Shown here piece by piece: positions 1 through 9,140 of a DNA stretch of 54,054 nt (position 1 is the first letter of the stretch; every line of letters starts with the position of its first letter). Below the pieces are notes generated by a model. That model ran no database searches. It was not told the origin of the DNA and worked only from the letters and a program-made list of their open reading frames with translations. The DNA is from a virus. Lineage: Duplodnaviria; Caudoviricetes. The stretch covers positions 1 through 54,054 of the IMG/VR virus record IMGVR_UViG_3300028091_000011. The stretch is one strand, 5' to 3'. Made by a program: the position numbers and the translations under genes.

Positions 1-196
1 GCTCCCGTGCGATCTTGTCGATCATCATCATCATCGCCCAGTCGCTTGGTGTCAAGTCCTCGTTGAACTTGTGCTTGAACATGGCGTTGATCGCGCCAAC
101 AGTACGCATGAAATGATGCTGTGCGTCTCCGTAGGTGCGTCCTCGCTTCGACACAGCATCAATCGCCTCATTCAATAATGCTTCTTTGTCGTTCAC
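1..196 (-). CDS. DUF6378-like phage protein, 3' end truncated by the window
   Basis: Not in the ORF track. The GTG start overlaps the MTase TGA (GTGA). It translates VNDKEALLNEAIDAVSKRGRTYGDAQHHF...LTPSDWAMMMMIDKIARE, matching the R..YG...T..D...MM..KIAR pattern. Confidence 0.7.
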   Translation of the reverse strand, partial: MNDKEALLNEAIDAVSKRGRTYGDAQHHFMRTVGAINAMFKHKFNEDLTPSDWAMMMMIDKIARE

Positions 197-1548
197 GGAG
201 TGGTCTCCGAGAAAAGAGTTGGATGCGCTGTTGATTTCGTTCGCTTTTCCATTGCAGACGCGATACGAGCCTTCGCTATCTCGACATAACTCGCTTCTCT
301 TTCAATACCAACAAAGCGAAATCCTTCCAGCATCGCTGCCTTGCCCGTACTTCCTGATCCCATGAAAGGATCAAGGACGATCCCGTTTGGAGGGGTGACC
401 AAGCGACATAGGTAGCGCATCAGGTCGGTCGGCTTGACCGTTGGATGGGTGTTCACCCTTGGTCGTGGATTCTGTTCACGAATCTCATTTGTGTAGGGAA
501 GCGTTCCATGCTTCCTCTGCCCGAATGCAACAGACTGCTGCAAGGTTCCGCTGTCGGATTCCAAGCCATCTTCCCTGTCGCTCCTGCTTGCCTTGGCGCA
601 GTAGAAGAAACGGGCGGCAGACCCGCTGTCGCCAAATCCCGTGAGCGGTCTACCCGCTTGAGACTGTCCGTAGGTGGAAGACTTGACATTCTGAATGCCG
701 CACGGCTTGCCGCTAGTTGTGTGGGGAAACAACCCCACCACCTCATCGCTGCCATCGTGAATGAGGTTGGCGGGGAAGCGACCCTTCGTCGTGTCCATTT
801 CCCCGATTCCGATTTGTGGAGAGAAGTATCCATCGCCTCTCCTTCTTCTGTCAATCCTCATCCTTGCAGAGTTGGGGCTGTTCACTCTTTCCATAGCGGC
901 TGCGTCCTCTGCGCTCGTGGAAATCCTACACCCATCAACATTGATCCCGCCCGTTCCGTGCTTCAACACATTCTCCGCAACCGTTCCGACGAGCGGCTTC
1001 CTTGCGACGATGATCGGCTCCCATGCGGGCTTGAGAGCGGTTCCCCAACCATTCCATTTTTTTGCATCATCGGTTGCTGGGGGATCAATGGTGATCTTCC
1101 TGCCACCAGCACTCCATCCCGATGATGTTTGGTATTCGCATTGTTGATTGACCAATCTCCCAGCCCTAGCGGGATCAACTTCTCCAACTTCACGCTCGGC
1201 TCCCGCCGCCTTGTCAATCGCCTTGCTCACATCATGCGACTTGGGGAATCCGCTGCCGTAGACCCACATGATGCAGTCTCGGATTTCCCATCCTGCGTCT
1301 TCAATCGCCACGGCAAGTCGGTGGTAGGTGCGAGTTCCGCCGAAGGCAAGAAGGTGACATCCCGGCTTTGCAACCCGCAAGGCTTCGATCCAAAAGTCCT
1401 TGGCGGGAACGCCGTGATCCCACTCCTTCCCCATGAACTCAAGTCCGTAGGGAGGATCGGTAACAATGGAGTCAATGCTTTGATCGCAAAGTTTCCGAAT
1501 CTCGTTCCAACAATCGCCTGCATAGATCGTGTGCCTGATGTCTTCCAT
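193..1548 (-). CDS. DNA N4-cytosine/N6-adenine methyltransferase (beta class)
   Basis: Catalytic TDPPY near the N-terminus, then HPTVKP and the SAM-binding LDPFMGSGSTG near the C-terminus. The start is moved to MEDIRH (1548), which has a GAGG RBS. Confidence 0.95.
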   Translation of the reverse strand: MEDIRHTIYAGDCWNEIRKLCDQSIDSIVTDPPYGLEFMGKEWDHGVPAKDFWIEALRVAKPGCHLLAFGGTRTYHRLAVAIEDAGWEIRDCIMWVYGSGFPKSHDVSKAIDKAAGAEREVGEVDPARAGRLVNQQCEYQTSSGWSAGGRKITIDPPATDDAKKWNGWGTALKPAWEPIIVARKPLVGTVAENVLKHGTGGINVDGCRISTSAEDAAAMERVNSPNSARMRIDRRRRGDGYFSPQIGIGEMDTTKGRFPANLIHDGSDEVVGLFPHTTSGKPCGIQNVKSSTYGQSQAGRPLTGFGDSGSAARFFYCAKASRSDREDGLESDSGTLQQSVAFGQRKHGTLPYTNEIREQNPRPRVNTHPTVKPTDLMRYLCRLVTPPNGIVLDPFMGSGSTGKAAMLEGFRFVGIEREASYVEIAKARIASAMEKRTKSTAHPTLFSETTP

Positions 1549-1574
1549 GACTTCCTCGTCTGTGCTTGGGCGAT

Positions 1575-3248
1575 CTAGCCCTTCTTGATCTTGTCGATTG
1601 CCTCTGACGCGCCCTTGCGGTCGAAGTTCGCGGGGTCGAGACCAGCCTTGCGAAGCACCCATGCCTGCTTGTCCGTGGGCGCGGACATGAGGTGTTCGAT
1701 CAACTGGCTTGCCTCCTTGGTGTTGAGGTTGTCAACATTGGGAATGTTGTTGCGCTTCAGGAAGGCGATCTGCTTCTCGCTGGCGGGAATGCGCTTCGCC
1801 CACCCGGGCACGCGCTGCGGCACGATCCCAAGCGACGAGAACGGGTCGATGTCCTGCGTCTTGTAGGTCGTGCGAATCTTGATGAAAGTCCTGCGCTTCT
1901 CCTCCGCCTCGCGCTTGAGGTCGCGCTCGACCTCATCCATCTGCTCAAGTACATCGACCTCGACCAGCAGCGAGTTGTTGGCATCCTGCTCCGACTTCGC
2001 CGTAGCCCTGTCGCGCACAGCGTCAGACCAGTTTCCTCCAAGCGCGTCCGCGACACGCATCAACTTGTGGCGACCAGAGTTCCCAACGAAGTCGAGGACG
2101 GTCACGCACTTCTTCGCGCTCGACGCGATTGCAGCCCGTCTCCCCTCTGGCGTTTCGATCCCGTCAATCACGCTCGGCAGCGTCCTCGTACCGCGACCAA
2201 CCATCTGGCAGTAAAGGCTCCTGCTCTTGGTCGGGCGCATCATGGCGATGAACTGAACGCCCTTGCCGTCCGTTGCTGGGTCGTCCCACCCCTCCGTGGC
2301 GATGCCGACATTGCAAAGGAACTGGTACTTGCCGTCACCGAAGTCGCGGAAGATGGTTCGCCTGCGGTCGTGCGGGGTGTTCGCGCTCACGAACGCCGCC
2401 GTGTTGGGCTTGTACCTGTTGATGATTTCAGCCACCCGCTCGGCGTGTTCGACGGACGCGCAGAAGATGAGCGTTCGCCTGTCGCCAGCGATCTTCACGG
2501 TCGGCTCGACCATGCGGTGGAGCGTCTCCTCGTACTTCAGAACGCGGTCGAGGTCGGCTCCGTTGAGGTCGCCAGCGGTGGTGCGGCAGTCGGAGTAGTC
2601 GAGGCTGCTGACCGTGACCATCGTCTGCTTGATGGGGACAAGAAATCCGTCTGCAATGCCTTCAGCGACACCGTACTCATACGCGACCGAATCGAACACC
2701 TGACCAAGAGCCTCTTCGTCGGCGCGGTCGGGGGTCGCGGTAACGCCAAGAACCTTCGCGCCGCCAGCGGTGAACCAGTTGATGACATCTCGGTACGACG
2801 AACTCGTCGCGTGGTGAGCCTCGTCAACGACGACAAGGCTGAACTGCGATGGGTTGAACCGCTCCATCCGCCGCGAACCGCCGCTCTCCGCGACACAGGT
2901 CTGGACGGATGCGACGACGACTGGATCGGCGTAGATGCCGTTCGTCGCACGCCGCTCCGCCATCTCAACGGAGGCGTTGATGCCAACTCGCGTCTGGATG
3001 TGCCGTGCAGCCTGTTCGACAAGTTCGCTTCGGTGGGCGATCACTAGGCAACGCTTCCCATTGCCAGACATTCGGCGGATCATCTCGCCAAAGGTCGCCG
3101 TCTTGCCAAGACCAGTCGCCATGACGAGCAGGGTCGAGTCGTTGGTCTGGAACTCGCGTTCGACAGCCTCGACAGCCTCGGTCTGGTACGGACGCAGGCT
3201 GATCGCCTTGCGCTGAATCAACTGCGTGGGAGTGAACAGGTCGGTCAT
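1575..3248 (-). CDS. Superfamily 2 DEAH helicase (ResIII/Irc3-like)
   Basis: LRPYQ Q-motif, ATGLGKT Walker A, DEAHH, TAT and QMVGRGTR motifs. The C-terminus has repeated SEKQ/TDKQ helices. Confidence 0.93.
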   Translation of the reverse strand: MTDLFTPTQLIQRKAISLRPYQTEAVEAVEREFQTNDSTLLVMATGLGKTATFGEMIRRMSGNGKRCLVIAHRSELVEQAARHIQTRVGINASVEMAERRATNGIYADPVVVASVQTCVAESGGSRRMERFNPSQFSLVVVDEAHHATSSSYRDVINWFTAGGAKVLGVTATPDRADEEALGQVFDSVAYEYGVAEGIADGFLVPIKQTMVTVSSLDYSDCRTTAGDLNGADLDRVLKYEETLHRMVEPTVKIAGDRRTLIFCASVEHAERVAEIINRYKPNTAAFVSANTPHDRRRTIFRDFGDGKYQFLCNVGIATEGWDDPATDGKGVQFIAMMRPTKSRSLYCQMVGRGTRTLPSVIDGIETPEGRRAAIASSAKKCVTVLDFVGNSGRHKLMRVADALGGNWSDAVRDRATAKSEQDANNSLLVEVDVLEQMDEVERDLKREAEEKRRTFIKIRTTYKTQDIDPFSSLGIVPQRVPGWAKRIPASEKQIAFLKRNNIPNVDNLNTKEASQLIEHLMSAPTDKQAWVLRKAGLDPANFDRKGASEAIDKIKKG

Positions 3249-3514
3249 GCGGTCGGCTTCCGATACGGATGCGAGTCATCGCCTGCAACGCCGCTTCTCG
3301 CGGCTTCTTCCATCGTCGCGTGATAGTGAGACGGTGGCATCTGCGCCATGATGAACGAGAACAGCCTGCGGGCATCCTCATCCTTGACCACGATCACCTC
3401 GTCGCCACGGGTCGCGCTCGGCTTGAGTTCGACTCTGGCATCGCCGCCAAAGAACGAGATTCTGCTGACGGAATCGACTGGTATGAACACCAGTTCGGAT
3501 AGTGGAATGAACAT
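3245..3514 (-). CDS. Hypothetical protein (MFIPLSELV...)
   Basis: The ATG overlaps the upstream stop (TGATG) and the stop overlaps the helicase start (ATGA). Confidence 0.7.
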   Translation of the reverse strand: MFIPLSELVFIPVDSVSRISFFGGDARVELKPSATRGDEVIVVKDEDARRLFSFIMAQMPPSHYHATMEEAARSGVAGDDSHPYRKPTA

Positions 3515-4338
3515 CACTTGCGTCCCTTCTTGAGATTCTTCGGAGCCATTTCGATTGCGACCTTTCCAAGCCAGCCCGTGTGCTTGCAGGCATCGCACCC
3601 GTCTCCATTGCAATACACGCACAGGTCGTGCGGCATCGCATCGGTCAGGCAACGCTTGGCGTTCCTTATGTCCGCGTCCAGCGCGTTCCAGTTGACCGAA
3701 TAGCCAGCGGGGTCGCTCGACAGCATCGTGAGCGCGGCACGCACCGCGTCGATCATGCCGATGATCTCCGTGTACTTCTTCTTCGCCTCCGCCATCGGCT
3801 CGTCTGCGGCGTTGTCGCCAGCGTCATCGTCGCCGTCAACGCCCGTGGACTCCTCGTCCATCTCCTCGACCTCATCGACCGAATCGGAGCCTTCCTCCTC
3901 GCGCATCCTGTGCTGGCGCACGAACTCGTGCGACACGCCGATGCGCCGCGCAATCTCCCTGTCCGACATCATCTCGGTGGTCGGGATCGCGAGAACCATC
4001 TCGACGGCGCGAATCTTGTCGGCGTTGCTTCGGCGCAGACCGTGCGACTGGTTCGCGCCAGCGGCACGCCACATAGCCTCGCTGTCGGTCATCGGAATGA
4101 CCTCGGCTTCGATCTCCTCGTATCCAAGTTCCCGTGCAGCCTGAACGCGATGCCATCCGTCAACGATGAACATCACGCCCTCGACAAGAGCGACCGTGAT
4201 AGGTGGCATGACCGCGCCGCCTGACATCGACTCCTTGTAGTCGTCAACCGTTCCCGTGTCGGTACGGGTGCGCGACTGAAACCGCGCATCATCGGTGAGG
4301 TCTGCGAGAGGGACAACCGTCTTCTTGGTCTTCGTCAT
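3514..4338 (-). CDS. ParB/Srx N-terminal domain protein with HTH and C-terminal Cys4 finger
   Basis: PPITV...IVDGWHRVQAA ParB motif, SDREIARRIGVSHEFV HTH, an acidic linker and CVYCNGDGCDAC. Confidence 0.85.
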   Translation of the reverse strand: MTKTKKTVVPLADLTDDARFQSRTRTDTGTVDDYKESMSGGAVMPPITVALVEGVMFIVDGWHRVQAARELGYEEIEAEVIPMTDSEAMWRAAGANQSHGLRRSNADKIRAVEMVLAIPTTEMMSDREIARRIGVSHEFVRQHRMREEEGSDSVDEVEEMDEESTGVDGDDDAGDNAADEPMAEAKKKYTEIIGMIDAVRAALTMLSSDPAGYSVNWNALDADIRNAKRCLTDAMPHDLCVYCNGDGCDACKHTGWLGKVAIEMAPKNLKKGRK

Positions 4339-4685
4339 TCCCGTATCATCCTTGATGTTGAGGTGTTTCTTTGGCTACCCGTGAGGCGGGAGCGCAGAGC
4401 GGCTCCTGAAGGAGAGCCGCTGCGATCTCTGGCTGACCCTTTCGGCGTACAGCGCGTATCGCGCCCCGTCAGAATGCTCATTTCGGTGGGGTCAGCCACC
4501 CGCTGATGACGGGGAATAGCGCGGGTGTCAATCGTTGACACTCGGCGTAGGGTAGAGCCAATCCCTACGGCAAATCCCCGTCTTTCGACGGGGAGACCTC
4601 GACCTTCTCGACGGGCAGTCGTCACCCTTCCCGATGCGCCACAGCGCAGTAGTCGTCGGGAGCGACTTGACCTTTGGTTGGACAT
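4335..4685 (-). CDS. Possible 116-aa Arg-rich ORF running through the structured element
   Basis: It starts in a TGATG overlap with the erf stop and ends in an ATGA overlap with the ParB start, but the sequence is not protein-like. Confidence 0.35.
   Translation of the reverse strand: MSNQRSSRSRRLLRCGASGRVTTARREGRGLPVERRGFAVGIGSTLRRVSTIDTRAIPRHQRVADPTEMSILTGRDTRCTPKGSARDRSGSPSGAALRSRLTGSQRNTSTSRMIRE
4339..4684 (-). ncRNA. Candidate highly structured RNA element between erf and the ParB-like gene
   Basis: At least 7 helices, including UCCCCGUC-GAAA-GACGGGGA and a pair of crossing helices (4430-4439/4489-4498 and 4464-4471/4507-4514). Confidence 0.55.
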
Positions 4686-5494
4686 CAGCCGCCCCTTGAG
4701 GAGCGGCGGGTGCGGAGCGTATCCAGCCGCGAGGACTTGTCACTACCCTCTGCGGAAGATTCCGCATTTTCTTCCCCAGCCGCCTCGCCGTGGGCTTGAA
4801 CAGCCTTGGCGACCCACGCTTCCACGCGAGGCAAGAGCGACTCGGGCAGACCAGCGATGCCGCTGGAGACATCGAAGCCCTGCCCCTCAACCGCCGCGAG
4901 GAGCGCGACTGGGTTGCGCTTGATCGCCGCCAGACGATTGAGAATCTCGTCGGCGCGGTCAGAGCCGATCAGAGGCTCGTCGGATGAAGCCGCGCGAATG
5001 GGGGCGGCTTCCGACAGGAAGTCGTCAGCGGGCTTGCTGGGCTTGCTGGCGGGCTTGCCGCTTCCGCCCTTGGCGTTGGCAGGGTTGAAGGTAGGACGGC
5101 TCTTGCGATCCTCTTCCCCATCGTCGTCGGGTTCCCCGACCACCAGACCGAACGCCGCAAGAGAGTACCTACGGAGGTAGGTCACGAACGAACCCAAGAC
5201 CTGTGCCGTTGCACGCTCGGGCAATGCCATGCTCACGCTGTCCGCCATCCATTCGCCGCTGGCGTGAATGAGTCGAGTCGTGACGGAGACGCTGTTGTCG
5301 CCCGTGCTGATTGACTGGACGATTGCGAGTCCTTGCTTCGCGAGTGGCTTGCGGAGCGACTCGGTGTGCGCCGCGAGACTCGCGTAGCGGTTCTTGAAGT
5401 GCGGGTTCACCGCGTCGAACTCTGGGTTCGCGATCTCAAGTTGCGCCTTCGCAAGCGCGGCAGCGAGACTGCCGATCTGCTGTGACTGTTCCAT
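4685..5494 (-). CDS. erf: ERF-family single-strand annealing protein
   Basis: LAAALAKAQ...NPHFKNRYASL...T.LIHASGEW...GS..TY.RRYSL...DDDG ERF signature. Confidence 0.92.
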   Translation of the reverse strand: MEQSQQIGSLAAALAKAQLEIANPEFDAVNPHFKNRYASLAAHTESLRKPLAKQGLAIVQSISTGDNSVSVTTRLIHASGEWMADSVSMALPERATAQVLGSFVTYLRRYSLAAFGLVVGEPDDDGEEDRKSRPTFNPANAKGGSGKPASKPSKPADDFLSEAAPIRAASSDEPLIGSDRADEILNRLAAIKRNPVALLAAVEGQGFDVSSGIAGLPESLLPRVEAWVAKAVQAHGEAAGEENAESSAEGSDKSSRLDTLRTRRSSRGG

Positions 5495-5549
5495 TGTGTG
5501 TTGCCTCTTGTCTCTGATTCAGGCGACCCCGTTAGCCGCCATTGTCGGT

Positions 5550-5577
5550 AGTATACCGAACTCGGAATAGGTGTCAA
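5550..5577 (-). promoter_or_regulatory. Sigma70-type promoter for the erf operon
   Basis: TTGACA-N16-TATACT, nearly identical to the promoter at 7026-7053. Confidence 0.8.
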
Positions 5578-5840
5578 GACCCTCGGACGAGTTTCCCGAA
5601 CTTCTTCAGGGCTTCGTCCCAGTCGTTGTAGAGTTCGATGGTTACATCGTTGCCGACGACCTGTACACGCGCGACCGCGTGAATGTCGTCGCGCACATTG
5701 CGGCAGAGCGCGGCGACCGCGAACTCCCCGATGCGACCGATTGCCGTAGCCCTGTTCTCCATGATGGAGTCAACGGCGGCGGCGGAGAGGAGACGAACCG
5801 TCTCCACCGAAGGGGAGAACTTCTTCTTGTTGGACATCAT
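5574..5840 (-). CDS. Hypothetical protein (MMSNKKKF...)
   Basis: Protein-like 3' part of ORF 5574..5960, starting after a terminator hairpin. Confidence 0.65.
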   Translation of the reverse strand: MMSNKKKFSPSVETVRLLSAAAVDSIMENRATAIGRIGEFAVAALCRNVRDDIHAVARVQVVGNDVTIELYNDWDEALKKFGKLVRGS

Positions 5841-5862
5841 GCTAGTTGTACCCGCTGAATCG

Positions 5863-5895
5863 AAAGCACCGCCGCGTGTCTGGTCGCGGCGGCGC
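5863..5895 (-). terminator. Intrinsic terminator after DUF932
   Basis: An 11-bp stem, GCGCCGCCGCG/CGCGGCGGTGC, is followed by TTT on the minus strand. Confidence 0.6.
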
Positions 5896-5926
5896 AACTT
5901 GAGGTCACCAGACGACCGTGAGACGC

Positions 5927-6946
5927 TTACGCGCCGACCAGTTCGACCGTCTTGCGCCACGCGATGTTGCGGAGTTCCGCCTCGCGTCCGAAGAGGTGCG
6001 AGTGGATGCGGGCATCGGACGAAGGTGCGCTACGCGCGGCGAGTTCGCTATGCTGGAGGAACTCGGTCACCGCGTTGTACGCGATCCAAGCGTTCGCACC
6101 GAACTGACCAGCCTCGCGGTCGAAGGTCTCGCTCATGCGGCGGAGCGCGGCGACACAGGTCGCCTTCTTCGTCTCCTCGCGCTTGTTGACGGGGTTCAGC
6201 GGGATTTCGCCGTACATCGTCTCAAGCACATCGACCCACAGCCCGCGAATCTGCTCGGCGTTCAGCGACTTCTTCGCCACGCCGTTGATGGCGATGGCGT
6301 AGTTGTCGGTCGCCTTCTTCCACGCCTTCGACACGCGCACCGCGTACTCGCGGTTCTCAAGGAAGTTGAGCGTGTGCTTGAGGCTCCACGCGAAGCCGTC
6401 CTTGCCGCCCTCCTGAAGAGCCATGCGGACGGTGTTCGCGCACACGGGGCGGATGCCCGACCACATTGACTTGTACGCGAGGGTTCCGTCATGCCCGTTG
6501 CACAGGATGAAGTAGGGCTTCACGAAGTCGCCCTTGCCTCCGATCTCAATGCCGTCCTTCGACCCGATGGCGGTGTACACGATGCGTCCGCCGCGAATCG
6601 AACCGAAGGTCTCGGCGCAACCGCCGATCTCCTCCGCGATCAACTGCGCGTCCTCCGCCATCTGGCGGTTCTGGAGCGGAGTCCAGTTGGACGGCTGGAC
6701 GGCGAAGATGTCGCCCGTGTCCTCGCGGATCACCATCTTGAAACGCTCGGTGGCGAAGGCGGTGGGCTTGTCGTCGCCGTCGATGTAACCCGACAGGCGG
6801 TTGGTCGTGACGATGTTCCAGTCCAGTCCCGACTCGCTGAACGCCTCCATCGGCATCATGTCGGTCTGGACGACCCGACCCTTGCCGTGCCAAGCGGCGG
6901 TGCGGCGGAGGATCAGGTTGTCGGTGTCGGTCATCTCGTGTGCCAT
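5927..6946 (-). CDS. DUF932-family phage/plasmid protein
   Basis: AWHGKG, ETFGSIRGGR, NGHDGT, IRPVCANT and AWIAYNAVTEF motifs. Confidence 0.88.
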   Translation of the reverse strand: MAHEMTDTDNLILRRTAAWHGKGRVVQTDMMPMEAFSESGLDWNIVTTNRLSGYIDGDDKPTAFATERFKMVIREDTGDIFAVQPSNWTPLQNRQMAEDAQLIAEEIGGCAETFGSIRGGRIVYTAIGSKDGIEIGGKGDFVKPYFILCNGHDGTLAYKSMWSGIRPVCANTVRMALQEGGKDGFAWSLKHTLNFLENREYAVRVSKAWKKATDNYAIAINGVAKKSLNAEQIRGLWVDVLETMYGEIPLNPVNKREETKKATCVAALRRMSETFDREAGQFGANAWIAYNAVTEFLQHSELAARSAPSSDARIHSHLFGREAELRNIAWRKTVELVGA

Positions 6947-7025
6947 TGCTCGTCTCTCCTATGCGTGTGCGGCGTTGCCGCGATTCCGATCAGTCGAGCC
7001 AGCCCGTTTGCTGTTCGACCCGCGT

Positions 7026-7053
7026 ACTATACCCCAATCGGCACAGGTGTCAA
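7026..7053 (-). promoter_or_regulatory. Leftward early sigma70 promoter
   Basis: TTGACA-N16-TATAGT. Confidence 0.8.
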
Positions 7054-7100
7054 GGGGTGTGAACAGAAAATGGGAGAAATAGATTCTTGCCGCGACCCAC

Positions 7101-7129
7101 TTGACAAGTGTTGATACTTGTGGTAGGGT
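7101..7129 (+). promoter_or_regulatory. Rightward early sigma70 promoter
   Basis: TTGACA-N17-TAGGGT with an upstream TG. The -35 lies inside the palindrome CACTTG-A-CAAGTG. Confidence 0.65.
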
Positions 7130-7153
7130 GTAAGCCTCACGGAAGGAGTCTTG

Positions 7154-7885
7154 ATGCCTACTCTCAAGAACGGCAAGTGGAGGATGCCCAAAGACAGCAG
7201 CATCCGACAATGGAAGAACACAAGCGAGTTTCCAGACTCGTGGGCAAAGGCAACGGTCGAGTGGCTGTGCGAGTTCTACGGAGTCCCTGCGGTGTCGATC
7301 ACCATCTGGGACGCGAAGAAGAGGCGCGGCAGCGGTACGGCGTTCCTGACCATGAACAGGGTTCATCTTTCCATCTCTCGGCGCAACTACCGCCGCGACT
7401 GGAAATACTGGAACATCTACTGGGATGTCCCGCGCACGGCGAACAGCGCGTGCGAGGCGTTCGTGTTCCTCGCGGCTCACGAGATCGCCCACATCAGTCA
7501 CGAGGGCAAGACGATCTACCGAACTTGCCAACAGGAGAGTTCGCTCCCGAACAAGCGCGACTGGCGGAACCGCATGGAGTGCCGCATTCAAGACATGGCG
7601 CAGAATGCGCTTGATGCCTACCGCGCGGGCGCATACAGGTGTCTCCTCGCGCATCACGCATCGTCCATCAGACGAGAAGCGGCGGCAAAGACCGCAAAGG
7701 CGGAGATGAAGCAAAGGGCAAGCACGGCAGAGGCTCGTGTACTCGCGCTGGAATCTCGCGTCGAGGTCTGGGACGCAAAGAAGCGCAGAGCGGAGAACGC
7801 GATCAAGAAACTACGCAGGAGCATCTCGGGAATACTGGCGGCGCAGAAGCGTGCCGCATTGAAAGCGGGCGCGAAGCCGCTATAG
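7154..7885 (+). CDS. HExxH-motif protein (putative zinc metalloprotease fold) with basic coiled-coil tail
   Basis: LAAHEIAH plus a downstream E (RMECR). AAGGAG RBS. Confidence 0.6.
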   Translation: MPTLKNGKWRMPKDSSIRQWKNTSEFPDSWAKATVEWLCEFYGVPAVSITIWDAKKRRGSGTAFLTMNRVHLSISRRNYRRDWKYWNIYWDVPRTANSACEAFVFLAAHEIAHISHEGKTIYRTCQQESSLPNKRDWRNRMECRIQDMAQNALDAYRAGAYRCLLAHHASSIRREAAAKTAKAEMKQRASTAEARVLALESRVEVWDAKKRRAENAIKKLRRSISGILAAQKRAALKAGAKPL

Positions 7886-7886
7886 T
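7859..7886 (+). promoter_or_regulatory. Promoter for a leaderless HTH gene
   Basis: TTGAAA-N16-TATAGT, with the ATG 7 nt downstream. Confidence 0.55.
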
Positions 7887-7893
7887 GTACCGA

Positions 7894-8094
7894 ATGCGGA
7901 ATATCTTGTCGGATCATGTCACGGTTGCCGACCTCGCGCGTATCTACGGGGTCACGCCTCGGCGCATCAGGGCAATCGCTGCAAACAGAAGCATCGAAGG
8001 CGAACGGGTTGGGCGCACGCTCGTCTTCAAGAAGAATCAGGTCGCCCAGTTCAGACCGCTTCCATGCGGTCATCGCGCTACGGGGCGCGGGTAA
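7894..8094 (+). CDS. Excisionase/MerR-like winged HTH DNA-binding protein
   Basis: VTVADLARIYGVTPRRIRAIA...GERVGRTLVF. Confidence 0.8.
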   Translation: MRNILSDHVTVADLARIYGVTPRRIRAIAANRSIEGERVGRTLVFKKNQVAQFRPLPCGHRATGRG

Positions 8095-8107
8095 GGAATG
8101 AGACGGA

Positions 8108-9046
8108 ATGGTCATCTCCCCACAGCAACTCGCTGATCGCAACAAGGGCATCGGCTCGTCGGACGCTGCGGCGATCCTCGGGTTGTCGTCGTACAAGACC
8201 CCCTACGACATCTGGCTCCAGAAGACTGGTCGCGTCGATGGCGGCGGTGCAGGCGAAGCCGCGTGGATCGGCACGATGCTTGAGAAGGCTGTCCTCGACA
8301 TGGCGGCGGTCAAGATCGGCAAGCCTGTCGTCGCGGCTCCAGACCACTCCGATGCGACCTTCGTTGACGGAATCCTCCGCGCGAATGTCGATGGCATGGT
8401 CGAGGCGTTTGAGCGCGGTCGTCCCATCGTGGAGTCCAAGACCACGGGTCAACTGAAGGACTGGGGCGATGCCGAAACCGATGGCGTTCCCGACCATGTT
8501 CTGGTTCAGGTGACGCATCAAATGATCTGTGCTGGCTCCGACCTCTGCTATGTGGCGCGGCTTGGGGCTGCATTCGGTCTGTCATTCGACATCTTCACCG
8601 TGCCTCTCGACCGATCCTTCGCGGAGGAAATCAAGTCGCGCCTTGGCGAGTGGTGGGACAACCATGTCGTGAAGGACACTCCGCCCGAGATCGTTGATGG
8701 TCAGGTTCCTTCGTTCGACCTTCTCCGCGCACGCAAGCGCGATGACGGGGTGATCGCGGAACTGCCAGAGGAACTGGTGATGCACGAGCGGGCTGCAAAG
8801 CAGCGGCTCGACGCTGCGGAGCAGGACTACGCGAACGCGAAGTCTCTGCTGGTCGCCGCGATGGGCGATGCGCCCGTAGGCATCGGAGCGGGAGTCCGCA
8901 TCACGGTCAGTCAGGTCAGCCGCAACGGGTTCGATACCGACAAGTGGAAGTTGGAGAACCCAGAGGCGGCGAAGAGGTACGCCAAGACGACCTCGTACTC
9001 CAAGATCGACATCCGCGATGTCGGTCGAGTCATCAGGTCGCGCTGA
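8108..9046 (+). CDS. YqaJ-like (lambda exonuclease family) recombination nuclease
   Basis: R.KGIGSSDAAAILGLS.YKTP...G..LE...ANVDG...ESKT...QV.HQM. Confidence 0.92.
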   Translation: MVISPQQLADRNKGIGSSDAAAILGLSSYKTPYDIWLQKTGRVDGGGAGEAAWIGTMLEKAVLDMAAVKIGKPVVAAPDHSDATFVDGILRANVDGMVEAFERGRPIVESKTTGQLKDWGDAETDGVPDHVLVQVTHQMICAGSDLCYVARLGAAFGLSFDIFTVPLDRSFAEEIKSRLGEWWDNHVVKDTPPEIVDGQVPSFDLLRARKRDDGVIAELPEELVMHERAAKQRLDAAEQDYANAKSLLVAAMGDAPVGIGAGVRITVSQVSRNGFDTDKWKLENPEAAKRYAKTTSYSKIDIRDVGRVIRSR

Positions 9047-9105
9047 TCCATTCACTCGCGGGCGGGCGCACGGACGCGCCTGTCAACCTTCTGTACGCGC
9101 AGCCC

Positions 9106-9134
9106 TTGACACGAGTCGAGGGCTGTGCTACAAT
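9106..9134 (+). promoter_or_regulatory. Sigma70 promoter for a leaderless transcript
   Basis: TTGACA-N17-TACAAT with extended TG, and ATG at 9141. Confidence 0.8.
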
Positions 9135-9140
9135 GTGGGC

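Noticed and set aside
4431-4510. Hammerhead-like pieces: CUGACGG-stem-GAAA-stem on the minus strand and CUGAUGA on the plus strand
   Set aside because: The minus-strand core has G at A9, lacks the UH cleavage site and has no proper stem I. The plus-strand CUGAUGA has no stem II-GAAA. Not called a ribozyme.
4525-4541. Back-to-back TTGACA as divergent promoters
   Set aside because: Neither strand has a credible -10 at 16-18 bp. It is treated as a hairpin/operator instead.
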